Part shown: positions 47,999 to 57,841 of the stretch, piece after piece
Layout: each line of letters opens with the position of its first letter
Numbering within the stretch: position 1 is the first letter of the stretch
IMG/VR virus record: IMGVR_UViG_3300021387_000681
Span: 27,273 to 91,272 of that record
From: a virus
Taxonomy: Duplodnaviria; Caudoviricetes
DNA length: 64,000 nucleotides
Reading direction: 5' to 3' (one strand)
Notes under the pieces: generated by a model
The model's input: the letters and a program-made list of their open reading frames with translations, nothing else
Database searches by the model: none
What the model was told of the DNA's origin: nothing
Translations under genes and position numbers: made by a program

Positions 47999-48602
47999 TT
48001 TAAATATAGATAAAATGCTTACGATTGATGAAACTGGGATGCCTCAAGCTCCTAATATTCGTCAATTACAAGATAAAGATTTACTTCAGCTGTATCAAAG
48101 AGATTTAAGTAAAGATAAACAAAAATTTATTAAAGAATGTGGAATTATATATTATCTTGGAGATCCTAAAAGTCCTGCTAAACAACAAGGACTTAATGAT
48201 AGAGAAAGTCTTAAACTTGCTATAGAAAACTACGATTTACCAAAAGATTATGAACCTGATGCTCTAATAAAACGATTGATTGATAAGTATTATGTTAGTA
48301 ATATAACTGAAGCTGGAATGGCACTTGACGCTTTAAGGAAATCTATTCATTTAGTTTCTATAGGTGCTAATAAAATAAATGATTTATTAAATCAGAAATT
48401 ACAAGGCGCCATAAGTGTTGAAGATGCTCAACAAATACTTAATTTAATTAGAAGTGTTCAAGACTATGTTAAACTAATTCCGGATTTAACTAAATCAATT
48501 AATACAGCTTACGATAATCTTCGTAATGAGGAGGAAGAACAACTTGCACGAGGTGGTAGACAAATATTGTCTAGTATGAATGCAGATGAAGATATAATAT
48601 AA
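47985..48602 (+). CDS. Conserved crAss protein (possible terminase small subunit)
   Basis: Helical, LARGG C-terminus, upstream of packaging genes. Confidence 0.45.
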   Translation: MKNVSLNIDKMLTIDETGMPQAPNIRQLQDKDLLQLYQRDLSKDKQKFIKECGIIYYLGDPKSPAKQQGLNDRESLKLAIENYDLPKDYEPDALIKRLIDKYYVSNITEAGMALDALRKSIHLVSIGANKINDLLNQKLQGAISVEDAQQILNLIRSVQDYVKLIPDLTKSINTAYDNLRNEEEEQLARGGRQILSSMNADEDII

Positions 48603-49597
48603 TGTTACATTTAAACGATACAAGATATAACGAAGTTAAACTTATATTTGAAGAAGAAGGACATAAATATCATGATAGTTTAGGTAATGAGTATCTTAGT
48701 ACCACTACTTTACTTCATGAATATGTTCCTAAATTTCAACGTGATTATTGGCTTAAAAAGAAAGCTAAAGAATTACATATAAGTGTAAAACAATTAGAAA
48801 AGCAATGGCAAGATATAACTGATGAAGCTTGTATTAGAGGAACTAAAACTCATAACGCATTAGAGGATGCCATTAAAATTAATAGTTTATTTAAGGATGC
48901 TGTTAGATTTCTTAAAAGAGATAGTGGAGAAATGATAACTATAGCTGATATTCCTGACATAAATCTAAATATAAAAGAATTAGATGTTGAAGCGTTTAAA
49001 GAAATTACTGAAAATAAATATGATAAAATATATAAAGTATTTGATTATTATAAAAGTGCTGGATATAAGATATATTCTGAGATTGGTGCTTTTTTAATTG
49101 ATTATCTTGTATCTGGAACAATTGATGTTCTATGTATTCGAGACGATCAGTTTGTTATAGGTGATTGGAAAACGAACAGAGGAGGGCTTAAATTTGAAAG
49201 TGGATATTATAAAAAAGATAAATCTACAAAACCATCACAATTAACTGATGTTTGGGTTAGTAAAGATGAAAGATTACTAGCACCTTTAAATCATTTACAA
49301 AATTGTAATGGAAATATATATAATCTACAATTAAGTTTATATGCTTATTATGTTGAATATGTATTAGGAATCCCATGTGCTGGTCTTTGGCTTTGTCATA
49401 TCGACCACGATTTTATTCTTAATGAATATGGGCAACCAAAAAGATTTCCTGATGGTTTATATCGTATAAAAGATAATCCAATAGAGAAAGTTACTCTACA
49501 TCGTATGCCTTATTTAAAGAAAGAAGTTAATAGTATATTGGCAGATAGAAAACGTATTATTTCTGCTAATATTAACAAACAAAAAAGTTTATTTTGA
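48602..49597 (+). CDS. PD-(D/E)xK exonuclease
   Basis: HKY, STTT, RGTKTH, SGTIDV, GDWKTN, YNLQLSLYA. Confidence 0.88.
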   Translation: MLHLNDTRYNEVKLIFEEEGHKYHDSLGNEYLSTTTLLHEYVPKFQRDYWLKKKAKELHISVKQLEKQWQDITDEACIRGTKTHNALEDAIKINSLFKDAVRFLKRDSGEMITIADIPDINLNIKELDVEAFKEITENKYDKIYKVFDYYKSAGYKIYSEIGAFLIDYLVSGTIDVLCIRDDQFVIGDWKTNRGGLKFESGYYKKDKSTKPSQLTDVWVSKDERLLAPLNHLQNCNGNIYNLQLSLYAYYVEYVLGIPCAGLWLCHIDHDFILNEYGQPKRFPDGLYRIKDNPIEKVTLHRMPYLKKEVNSILADRKRIISANINKQKSLF

Positions 49598-49980
49598 AGA
49601 AGCTATTATTATCAATATTGTTATTATTGGTGTGTATGAATACGTTAATAACTAATGGTTGCACACCTAAAACTGTTACAAATGATACAGTTATTGAAGT
49701 TGTTGATTCTTCCCCCGTAGAGGGAATGATTACGTATATATTAGTTAAAGACTCTATAGATAGTATTAAACTAGATAGTATTATCAATAAAATAGCTGTT
49801 GATTCTGTTGCATATAATAATGAAATAAATAGATTAAAGAAATCTAATGATAGTCTTAATATTCAGTTATTTAATGCTAATTATAAATTAAATAAAATAG
49901 CTGAATATAATAAAATAGCTGCTAAAGGTAATAATATAAAATATTTGCGTGGTTGGATTAATCGTACGTTATCACAATGA
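49594..49980 (+). CDS. Putative lipoprotein or secreted coiled-coil protein
   Basis: TTG start overlapping the upstream TGA; hydrophobic signal, ITNGC. Confidence 0.6.
   Translation: MKKLLLSILLLLVCMNTLITNGCTPKTVTNDTVIEVVDSSPVEGMITYILVKDSIDSIKLDSIINKIAVDSVAYNNEINRLKKSNDSLNIQLFNANYKLNKIAEYNKIAAKGNNIKYLRGWINRTLSQ
49710..49726 (+). repeat. Dispersed CCCCGTA motif copy 13 (in CDS)
   Basis: TTCCCCCGTAGAGGGAA. Confidence 0.9.
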
Positions 49981-50222
49981 AGAAGTTAATAGAGTGGTTG
50001 AAGTACTCCAATAACTATAAACACATACTTGCCTGTATGGGAGTTGCTATTATTTGTGGATTTGTTCCTGCAATGTTTATGGGAATTGGTGTTGAAGTTA
50101 AAGATAGTAAATGGAGTGGTAAATTTAATTGGAGAGATGTATGGGTTGATTTTATAGGTGCTTTTGTTGGTACTATAATAAGACTTATATTCATACGAGA
50201 TTGGTGTAGACTATTATGCTAA
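49977..50222 (+). CDS. Small membrane protein
   Basis: KH, E.KD, F.W.D...D..G with hydrophobic helices. Confidence 0.65.
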   Translation: MKKLIEWLKYSNNYKHILACMGVAIICGFVPAMFMGIGVEVKDSKWSGKFNWRDVWVDFIGAFVGTIIRLIFIRDWCRLLC

Positions 50223-50533
50223 ACATATTTGAATTTGGTGCAGATTGGTGTTCCGGCTGTAGAATATTAAAACCTATAGTTGAGGAAGCAGTTAAAGGTT
50301 ATGATGATGTATATTTGAAACAAATAAATGTAGATGAAGATGATGATGACTTATGTGAAAAATATAAAGTTATGTCTTTACCTACATTAGTTTTTGAAGA
50401 TACATCTATTGGTTTTATTAGGAAAATTGTTGGTACTGTTCCTAAGGAAATTATTAAAGATGTTATAAACATTTATAAAGAACTTAAATATGGCGAACTT
50501 CCGAGAAGCGTTAAAGAAAGTACTAGTTTATGA
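50216..50533 (+). CDS. Thioredoxin
   Basis: FGADWCSGCR, INVDE, MSLPTLV. Confidence 0.92.
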   Translation: MLNIFEFGADWCSGCRILKPIVEEAVKGYDDVYLKQINVDEDDDDLCEKYKVMSLPTLVFEDTSIGFIRKIVGTVPKEIIKDVINIYKELKYGELPRSVKESTSL

Positions 50534-50915
50534 AGGGGGATATGTAAATGATAAAGATGATGCTGGGGGTGAAACGTATAAGGGTATTGCTCGACGTTAT
50601 AATAAAAATAGTATAATGTGGCTTGAAGTTGATAAAGTAACTAGAGCTACTAAAAATGTTAAGCAAATTAATCTTATACTTGAACAAAATAAAATTGTAC
50701 AATGTGAAGTTGCTAGAATTTACAAAAAGAATTATTGGGATAAACTTCATTTGGATGAAGTTAAAAGTCAAACAATAGCTTATCAATTATTTGATACTGC
50801 TGTTAATATGGGAGTTAGTAAAGCAATTAAACTAGCTCAACAGACTGTGGGTCAGCCACAGACTGGTTCATTTAATTATTCATGGTTTACTTTAATTAGA
50901 GATTGGAATGAGTGA
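50490..50915 (+). CDS. Endolysin, glycoside hydrolase family 108
   Basis: EGGYVNDKDDAGGETYKGI, YKKNYW, FDTAVNMG. Confidence 0.92.
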   Translation: MANFREALKKVLVYEGGYVNDKDDAGGETYKGIARRYNKNSIMWLEVDKVTRATKNVKQINLILEQNKIVQCEVARIYKKNYWDKLHLDEVKSQTIAYQLFDTAVNMGVSKAIKLAQQTVGQPQTGSFNYSWFTLIRDWNE

Positions 50916-51102
50916 AACTAATCCTTTCAACCCTAGTAAGCCGAGCAAAATTTGGCTTGCTTGTATGGTGCTAGTTGTAATTATTAGTTTAGTGTGTACA
51001 CATTATGCTGATAAAAAGTATTATGAAAAGCATCCAATTAATCCTGTTGTTCCTACTGAAATTGTAGATTCTGTTCACAATGCAGCAAGCGCAGCTAGAT
51101 AA
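50908..51102 (+). CDS. Small membrane protein (lysis cassette)
   Basis: Single TM helix. Confidence 0.55.
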   Translation: MSETNPFNPSKPSKIWLACMVLVVIISLVCTHYADKKYYEKHPINPVVPTEIVDSVHNAASAAR

Positions 51103-51364
51103 ATGGATGAAACTATTGATGGTTGTAGGAATGATAATTGTATTAATTTGTATGATTAATATGATGAAAAATATTTTTCCTCAGCCGTTAACTAAGGGTA
51201 CTATTGTTGATACAACAAAGTTGATTACTATCAATGATAGTATCCTTTTTTATAAGAATGAGGTTATTATTTATCAAGATAGTTTACATAATGAAATTAA
51301 AAAAGCTGATTATATTAGTAACGATAGTGCTATTAAATTGTTTAAGCGTCTCATCAAAGAATAG
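51080..51364 (+). CDS. Putative i-spanin-like membrane protein
   Basis: N-terminal TM helix; overlaps the next gene. Confidence 0.5.
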   Translation: MQQAQLDKWMKLLMVVGMIIVLICMINMMKNIFPQPLTKGTIVDTTKLITINDSILFYKNEVIIYQDSLHNEIKKADYISNDSAIKLFKRLIKE

Positions 51365-51665
51365 TTTTATTGAAAGTTCTGATACTACTATAACTATTTC
51401 TATTGATGAAGTTAGAGCAATTAATAAAAAACTTATCGAGCGTAAATATTTATTGGATATAGTTAGCAAGAAAGATAGCATTATTAAATATCAAGATAAT
51501 TATATAAATGAAGAAAAAATAATAGTTAGAGAACTTCAAGACAAATTAACTACTAGTAATAACATCAGTAAACAAATGAACGAATCACTGAAGAAACATA
51601 AAGTTGTAAGTGTTTGTCTTGGAAGTGCTCTAGCTGTCTCTTTATTATTATTTTTTATAAAGTAA
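51291..51665 (+). CDS. Putative spanin-like protein (signal/lipobox, coiled coil, C-terminal TM)
   Basis: MKLKKLIILVTIVLLNC; C-terminal VCLGSALAVSLLLFF. Confidence 0.5.
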   Translation: MKLKKLIILVTIVLLNCLSVSSKNSFIESSDTTITISIDEVRAINKKLIERKYLLDIVSKKDSIIKYQDNYINEEKIIVRELQDKLTTSNNISKQMNESLKKHKVVSVCLGSALAVSLLLFFIK

Positions 51666-53902
51666 TGGAATCGTATCCTTTTCTTGATTATATAAATGAA
51701 GATAAAAGTCACTATAAAACTGCTTCCGAATGTGGATTTGTAGATCCTGATAATCTTTTTTTAGTTGGAGAAAGTGGTGGATTTTTAATGAATATTAATC
51801 CTACACATAAGTTTGTAAATACAGAGCTTTTATATGAAGTTGCTGATTATTATAGAAAATATGGAGTATTTACAAATTATAAAGTAGATAGTATCCCACA
51901 TAGACAGTTTAGAAGAAGAGAGCAATATAGAAGGATTCATGGGTTTACTGCTCCTTGTTTAAGTACTCCTGAAGGAATTAAAGATGTTAGAATAACAGGA
52001 GCTCATTATAATTTTCTTAATTATATTAGAATAGAACAGCTTGATGAAAGAACTGTAAAGAAAGGAGTTACTAATACTGCTAAAAAGTTTTATGATTTTC
52101 CAAAGTTTTTTGATAGTCAGTTTTGGATGTTTCATGTAATGGAATTTGCTGAAAATAATGGTTTCCATCTTCTTATAGATAAAACTCGTCGTGGAGGATT
52201 CTCTTATATGATGGCTTCTGATAGTGCCAATAGAGTTAATAATCAATCAAGAAAAGTTGTAATTCATGTTGCTTTTGATAAAAAGTATTTAACTCAGACT
52301 GGAGGTCTTACTGATTTTGCTGTTAATGATTTGAAATTTTATGAAGAAAATTCTCCATTTGTTAGAGGAATCTATAGTACTGTTAAAACTGACTTTAGAT
52401 TAGGTTATAAACTTCCAAATGGAGTTGAAGCTGATAAATCCTGGAGAAGTTCTTTATTATCCGTGTCTGCTTTGAATAATCCAGATTGTGCTATTGGTAA
52501 AGATGCAGTAGCAGTAAAAGTTGAAGAGGTTTCTACTATGGATAACTTTGATTCTTTTATGGAAGTTACTGAACCAGCAATGAGAACTGGTGCTTATACT
52601 ACAGGTATTCTTATGGCATGGGGAACTGCTACTAGTGGTAATATGCAAGTTTTTGAACAAAACTTTTATAATCCTAAAGCATATCACTTTATGCCATTTG
52701 AAAATGTTTGGGATAAAGATTCTAGAAATGAGGTATGTGGATTTTTTAAACCTTATTGTTGGGGACTTCAAGGAGAGATTGGTGGAATTAAAGGAGTTGA
52801 TAAAGAAGGTAACAGTAATATAGAAATAGGACTTGAAATTGCTAGACAAGAACGAATAAGAAAAAAAGAAACAAGTAAGACTTATGCAGAATATATAAAT
52901 TATCTAGGGCAGTATGCTAATATGCCAAATGAATCTTTTAGTAATGCTAGCGAAAATATTTTTAGTAGTGAAGAATTAAATGAATGGGAAGCTAGATTAA
53001 GAACTGATGATGATTTGAAATTTTATATTGATGGTATGTTTGTTAAAAATGCTATTGATGGAGTTGAATTTAGAAGTAATGAACGTTTAGCAAATGAAGG
53101 TAAAAAAGTATATGATTACATATATGGGGTTCCTAGAAGAAGTAATGAAGACCCTCATGGTTGTGTTCGTATGTTTTTTAGACCGGAGAAAATAGAAGTT
53201 AAAACTGAGTTTGGAGTTAGACGAGAAGTGCCTGCAGGACTATATAGTATAACTTATGACCCTGTTGGTGTTGATAAAACTAAACAAGAGATTACTGATA
53301 AACATTCTCATAATAGTATTAAAGTATGGATGAACCCACATTATTTAAATGGTTTTAAACAAAAGTTGGTTGCATCTTATTATGGTCGTCCAGATACTCT
53401 AGAAGAAGCTGATTGGATATGTTGGGCATTAGCTGTTTATTATAATTGTGTTGGTACAACTAATGTTGAAATTAATAGAGGTGAAACTGTAAGTAATTTC
53501 CGTAAATGGAAAGCACTTAAATATTTAAGTTTTGAACCATTATTTGTTTGGGATCCTACTTTTAAAGGTAAATATGCAAGTAGTTATGGATATAATATAT
53601 CTGGCGCAACTAGGAAACTTGATTGTGTTAGACTATTAAAAGAGTTTCTTTATGAAGAAATTGGTAAAGATGAAAATGGAAATCCTATTAGAAATTTTCA
53701 TCGTATATATGATTATCAATCAATTTTGGAGTTAAAGAAATGGAATAATTTAGGTAATTTTGATCGTGTTTCTGAAATGATTCTTCGTGGTATTGAGTGG
53801 AAGTCATTTAAACTTAAAGATGAATATGCTCTTTCTCATAGAAAGCCATTAGACGAAGATAATCTTGATGAGAACGATATTTTAAATAGAGATTGGTTTT
53901 AA
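51665..53902 (+). CDS. terL: Terminase large subunit
   Basis: KTRRGGFSY (Walker A variant), VKVEE, GT, TYDP RNase H-like motif, EINRG, NFDRVS. Confidence 0.9.
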   Translation: MESYPFLDYINEDKSHYKTASECGFVDPDNLFLVGESGGFLMNINPTHKFVNTELLYEVADYYRKYGVFTNYKVDSIPHRQFRRREQYRRIHGFTAPCLSTPEGIKDVRITGAHYNFLNYIRIEQLDERTVKKGVTNTAKKFYDFPKFFDSQFWMFHVMEFAENNGFHLLIDKTRRGGFSYMMASDSANRVNNQSRKVVIHVAFDKKYLTQTGGLTDFAVNDLKFYEENSPFVRGIYSTVKTDFRLGYKLPNGVEADKSWRSSLLSVSALNNPDCAIGKDAVAVKVEEVSTMDNFDSFMEVTEPAMRTGAYTTGILMAWGTATSGNMQVFEQNFYNPKAYHFMPFENVWDKDSRNEVCGFFKPYCWGLQGEIGGIKGVDKEGNSNIEIGLEIARQERIRKKETSKTYAEYINYLGQYANMPNESFSNASENIFSSEELNEWEARLRTDDDLKFYIDGMFVKNAIDGVEFRSNERLANEGKKVYDYIYGVPRRSNEDPHGCVRMFFRPEKIEVKTEFGVRREVPAGLYSITYDPVGVDKTKQEITDKHSHNSIKVWMNPHYLNGFKQKLVASYYGRPDTLEEADWICWALAVYYNCVGTTNVEINRGETVSNFRKWKALKYLSFEPLFVWDPTFKGKYASSYGYNISGATRKLDCVRLLKEFLYEEIGKDENGNPIRNFHRIYDYQSILELKKWNNLGNFDRVSEMILRGIEWKSFKLKDEYALSHRKPLDEDNLDENDILNRDWF

Positions 53903-53908
53903 ATTAAT

Positions 53909-56320
53909 ATGGAAGGATTTGTACAAACTCAGGATTTTCCTCGTCAAAGAATACCTACTTCTAAGAAAGATATTACTTGGGCTGCTCAATGTGCGGATTG
54001 GATTATTTCTCAAGCACAGGCTATTAAAAGAGAAGAGGAACTTATAGAACTTTATAAAGTTTCTCATGGGGAAATTCCTGACAAATTTTATAAGAAAATA
54101 CTTAATCCTTATAATTCTACTCAAGAGAAATTTAAACGGTTTCCTGCAACAATGAGAAACTATGATATGATTCAAGGAGTTATAAGGAGATATGTTGGAG
54201 AATATTCAAAAAATCCACATGAGTTTATAGTTGGCGCTAATAATCCAGAAGTTGTATTTGCTAGAGATGCTAAACTTCGTAAAGAAGTTTCTATGATGAT
54301 ACAAAATGAAATAGCAGCTAAACTTCAAGAGTTATTTAATCAATTTGTCCAAGAAGGTGGAGATCCTAAAGAATTTGATCCTAGTAGTCAATTAGATATT
54401 AATGCTTTTGTAGAAGAATTTAATGAGAATTATATCGATGAAATAAGTGCTCAAGGACAAGAGATTCTTAAAGTAATTAAAGATTTAACAAATGATGAAC
54501 TTTTATATATAGAAGCTTTCAGTGATTTTTGTAGTTTTGGTGAATGTTATACATATACCGATATAGCTGGGGATAAATTAATAAAAAGAGTTATTCATCC
54601 TTTAGATGCTTATCCTATACCTAATAATAATAGGTTTGTTGAAGATTTTGATATGTTTGCTGAAAGACGTAAAATGACATATCAAGAAATATGTGATGAG
54701 TTTTATGATGTTATGAGTAAAAAGGATATTAAGTTTTTAGAAACTTGGTATGCTAAAGGTGGAGTTGAAGCTCCAACTGAACTAATGTTTAGAGAATATG
54801 AAAAGACTTATCCTGATGTATGTAAAAAGTTTACTCAAGAAGATAGAAAATTCTTTGAGGATAGACCTTTATATGTAAGAGATGTTAATGCTGATTTATA
54901 TGATGTATGGCACGTAGTATGGAGAGGAAATGTTAGAGTAGCAATAGTTCAATTTGTTAATGAAGCAGGTTTAATAGATAATAGAATTGAAACTGATGAT
55001 TATAAACTTAATCCTGAAATTGGAGATATAGATATAAGCTATGAATATAAGACACAAGTTTATGAAGCTGTTCGTATTGGTACTAGAGAAATGGCTATTT
55101 ATCCCTATGGGGCTAGAGCTATTGCTTACGAAAGGGAAGGCAAGTTGCCATATAATGGTGTAATGGAACTACTTCCTGGACTTGGTAAGTTTAGTATTAT
55201 AGAAACAGTTCTTCCATATCAAATATTTTATAATATTGTTGCATATCATCGTGAAATGGTGATAGCAAAGAACAAGTTAAATATATTACTTCTTGCTAAA
55301 TCTCTTCTTGGTAGTAATAAAGAAGAAACAATATATAGAATGATTGCTGATGGTATATTACTTTTTGATGATAGTGATGATCAGGGTATGCTTCGTGCTC
55401 AACAAATTAGAATGGTAAATGCTGATATGGGTCAATATATTAAGCAACTTACTGATTTGCTTATGGAGATTAAAAATGATGCAAATATGCAAGTTGATAT
55501 GACCCCACAACGATTTGGAGAAATTGCTACAAGTGCTGGTAAAGCAACTACAGAAGAAGCTATTGCAAGAGGTTCTATGGGTTCAGTAATACTTGAGTAT
55601 ATGATAGATGCTATGCGCGAACGAGATTATGCTAGAGATATGGATTATTCTAAATTGGCTTGGATAGATGGTCTTGATACATCTTATAGAGATGGGGATG
55701 ACAAATTAAAATATATAAGTCTTAATATAGATAATCACGTTTATGCTAATTATGTAATTAAGGCAAAGAACTCTATTATAGAAAGAGATAAACTTATGCA
55801 ACTTAAACAGTTTGCATTTAATGCCGGTCAGAATGATAATCCTATGATGGCAATTGCAGCTATTACTGGAGATAATATAGCAAGTATTAAAAAACTTATA
55901 AAGAAGTTCGATGAAGTAAACAAGCAGCATGAAGCTCAGATGGAGCAAATGAAGCAACAGACCTTGCAAATGCAGCAGGAATATGAGTTGCAGAAGATAC
56001 AGGCTAAGGGTGAAATTGATATGCAAATTGCAGAACTTGAAGGTACAATTAAGAAAGAAATTGAACTTATTAAGGCTGATGCAAATATGATTTCATTTAA
56101 TGCAGAAGTTGGTCGTGAGAACCAAGAAGCTGGTATTGATAGACTTAATGCAGAGCGTGCTCAAGTTGATCAACAACGTCTTTCGTTAGATAGACAAAAG
56201 ATGATGATTGATGCAATTAGTAAAGAGCGAGATAGACAAGTTAAACGTGAAGATATTAAGTCTAAAGAAAAGATAGCTCGTATGAATAAAAATAGATATG
56301 ATTTTAAAGGTAAGAAGTAA
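53909..56320 (+). CDS. Portal protein
   Basis: 803 aa after terL; FPATMRNYD, LPYNG, QRFGEI, Q-rich coiled-coil tail. Confidence 0.88.
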   Translation: MEGFVQTQDFPRQRIPTSKKDITWAAQCADWIISQAQAIKREEELIELYKVSHGEIPDKFYKKILNPYNSTQEKFKRFPATMRNYDMIQGVIRRYVGEYSKNPHEFIVGANNPEVVFARDAKLRKEVSMMIQNEIAAKLQELFNQFVQEGGDPKEFDPSSQLDINAFVEEFNENYIDEISAQGQEILKVIKDLTNDELLYIEAFSDFCSFGECYTYTDIAGDKLIKRVIHPLDAYPIPNNNRFVEDFDMFAERRKMTYQEICDEFYDVMSKKDIKFLETWYAKGGVEAPTELMFREYEKTYPDVCKKFTQEDRKFFEDRPLYVRDVNADLYDVWHVVWRGNVRVAIVQFVNEAGLIDNRIETDDYKLNPEIGDIDISYEYKTQVYEAVRIGTREMAIYPYGARAIAYEREGKLPYNGVMELLPGLGKFSIIETVLPYQIFYNIVAYHREMVIAKNKLNILLLAKSLLGSNKEETIYRMIADGILLFDDSDDQGMLRAQQIRMVNADMGQYIKQLTDLLMEIKNDANMQVDMTPQRFGEIATSAGKATTEEAIARGSMGSVILEYMIDAMRERDYARDMDYSKLAWIDGLDTSYRDGDDKLKYISLNIDNHVYANYVIKAKNSIIERDKLMQLKQFAFNAGQNDNPMMAIAAITGDNIASIKKLIKKFDEVNKQHEAQMEQMKQQTLQMQQEYELQKIQAKGEIDMQIAELEGTIKKEIELIKADANMISFNAEVGRENQEAGIDRLNAERAQVDQQRLSLDRQKMMIDAISKERDRQVKREDIKSKEKIARMNKNRYDFKGKK

Positions 56321-56353
56321 AGATTTCTTTAGTAGTTAATAAATTGGTTTATT

Positions 56354-56392
56354 ATTCCCATTTTAGTTGTGAAACTTGAATGGGAATTTTTA
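56354..56392 (+). terminator. Intrinsic terminator
   Basis: ATTCCCATT..GTGA..AATGGGAAT-TTTTT. Confidence 0.8.
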
Positions 56393-56402
56393 TTAGTATA
56401 AA

Positions 56403-56420
56403 TTCTCCACTACGGGGGAA
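56403..56420 (-). repeat. Dispersed CCCCGTA motif copy 14 (intergenic)
   Basis: TTCTCCACTACGGGGGAA. Confidence 0.9.
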
Positions 56421-56482
56421 AGAATAAAAATTTCGGTAATATTATATTGGTTAATATTTTCAATTATAGATATAATTATAAT

Positions 56483-56513
56483 TTTGTTTTTACGAATATA
56501 AGTATTAATTTTG
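56483..56513 (+). promoter_or_regulatory. Bacteroidota primary-sigma promoter for the capsid operon
   Basis: TTTG-N19-TAATTTTG. Confidence 0.7.
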
Positions 56514-56545
56514 TAGTGTTTTATTAATCAATAAAAATTAAGATT

Positions 56546-57802
56546 ATGCCTATTGAAGATTTTGGATACGGTGAAGAACCTATTACTGGGGCGCCGGCAA
56601 ATGGAGAAGAAGGAAGTGTTACAGATTTGAACACAGGTAATCAAACAGACCCTAATTCTGATGAAAATGTTGATGATTTGAATGGTAATAATTCTACATC
56701 TGAACATAATGATGATAATAATGGGGAAGATGAAACTGGTGAAGAAACAAATGATAATTTACCTGAGGGTACTAAATTAGAAGTTGGAGATAAAACATAT
56801 ACTGTTGATAAAGATGGTAACATTGTAGATGATAATGGAAATATATTTAAAAAGAAAGAAGAAGTAGGTGAATGGAGAAAGAGTTTTGAAGGAGAAGAAG
56901 ATGTTACTGATGAGATAACATTAGATTCTATTCAGAAAGCTTTAGATATTCAGATTACTGATGAAAATGATAAGCCTGTTCAATTTGAAAATACTCCTGA
57001 CGGAATTAAGTCTTATGTTGAGGCTGTTATAGAAACTGGTAGAGAAGAGTTACAAAGAGATGCTATTAATGCTCTTATGGCTAAGTATTCTTTTTTACCT
57101 GATATTATTAATTATTATACTGCTAATGGAAACTCTCTTGAGGGTTATGGAAGAAGACCTGACCGTAGTGGTATAACAATTGATTCTCAAAATGAAGAAC
57201 AACAAATAGCTATTATTAAGGCTGCATGGAAAGAAAGAGGTCAACGTGGTGATGTTAATGGATATATTGATTATCTTAAAAATAGCGGAACCCTATTGAC
57301 TACCGCTGAAGCTGAATTACAAGGCTTAAAAGATTCAGATAAAGCTGCTAAAGATGAAATAGCAAGAAAAGCTGCTGAAGTTGAAAAACAACAACAAGAA
57401 GAAATTAAAAATTATTGGAGTGGTGTTAAATCAGTTATTGACAATAGAGAGATAGCTGGTTATAAGATTCCAGAACAAATTGTTGTTAATAGAAATGGAC
57501 AAAAAACTACAGCAACTCCTGATGATTTCTTTAGATACCTTTATCTTGTTGACAAAGAAGGACATTCAGCTTATGAACGAGACCTACTTAGATCAAAACC
57601 AGAAGATAGACTTAATGATGAGCTTTTAAAAGCTTTTCTTACTTTTACTGGAGGTAATTATTCTAATCTCGTTGATTATGCAATTAATGAGAAACAAGTT
57701 AAAACACTTCGACTTAAAGCTAAACAAAGTAGCAAAGGTGGAACTTTAAGAATTACCAAACCTGCTAAGAAAGAAAGTAAAGATATTGATTTTGGTTATT
57801 GA
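56546..57802 (+). CDS. Putative capsid scaffolding protein
   Basis: Acidic disordered N-terminus; lies between portal and major capsid gene. Confidence 0.6.
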   Translation: MPIEDFGYGEEPITGAPANGEEGSVTDLNTGNQTDPNSDENVDDLNGNNSTSEHNDDNNGEDETGEETNDNLPEGTKLEVGDKTYTVDKDGNIVDDNGNIFKKKEEVGEWRKSFEGEEDVTDEITLDSIQKALDIQITDENDKPVQFENTPDGIKSYVEAVIETGREELQRDAINALMAKYSFLPDIINYYTANGNSLEGYGRRPDRSGITIDSQNEEQQIAIIKAAWKERGQRGDVNGYIDYLKNSGTLLTTAEAELQGLKDSDKAAKDEIARKAAEVEKQQQEEIKNYWSGVKSVIDNREIAGYKIPEQIVVNRNGQKTTATPDDFFRYLYLVDKEGHSAYERDLLRSKPEDRLNDELLKAFLTFTGGNYSNLVDYAINEKQVKTLRLKAKQSSKGGTLRITKPAKKESKDIDFGY

Positions 57803-57841
57803 ACATTAAATTATTGTTGAACTTAAAAAATTAGATTAGTT

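Noticed and set aside
6274-49726. Dispersed motif as invertase or site-specific recombination sites
   Set aside because: Recombination between copies would break essential genes, and no recombinase of that type is in the window
33892-53902. Introns or inteins in polB, helicase or terL
   Set aside because: ORFs are continuous and of ordinary length; no C...HN intein ends or homing-endonuclease ORFs were seen
506-56420. Dispersed motif as N4-style C-GTA-G triloop hairpin promoters
   Set aside because: Four of 14 copies have A after GTA, which breaks the closing pair; most copies are mid-gene, orientation is unrelated to gene direction, and none lies in the early region. Disfavoured rather than excluded
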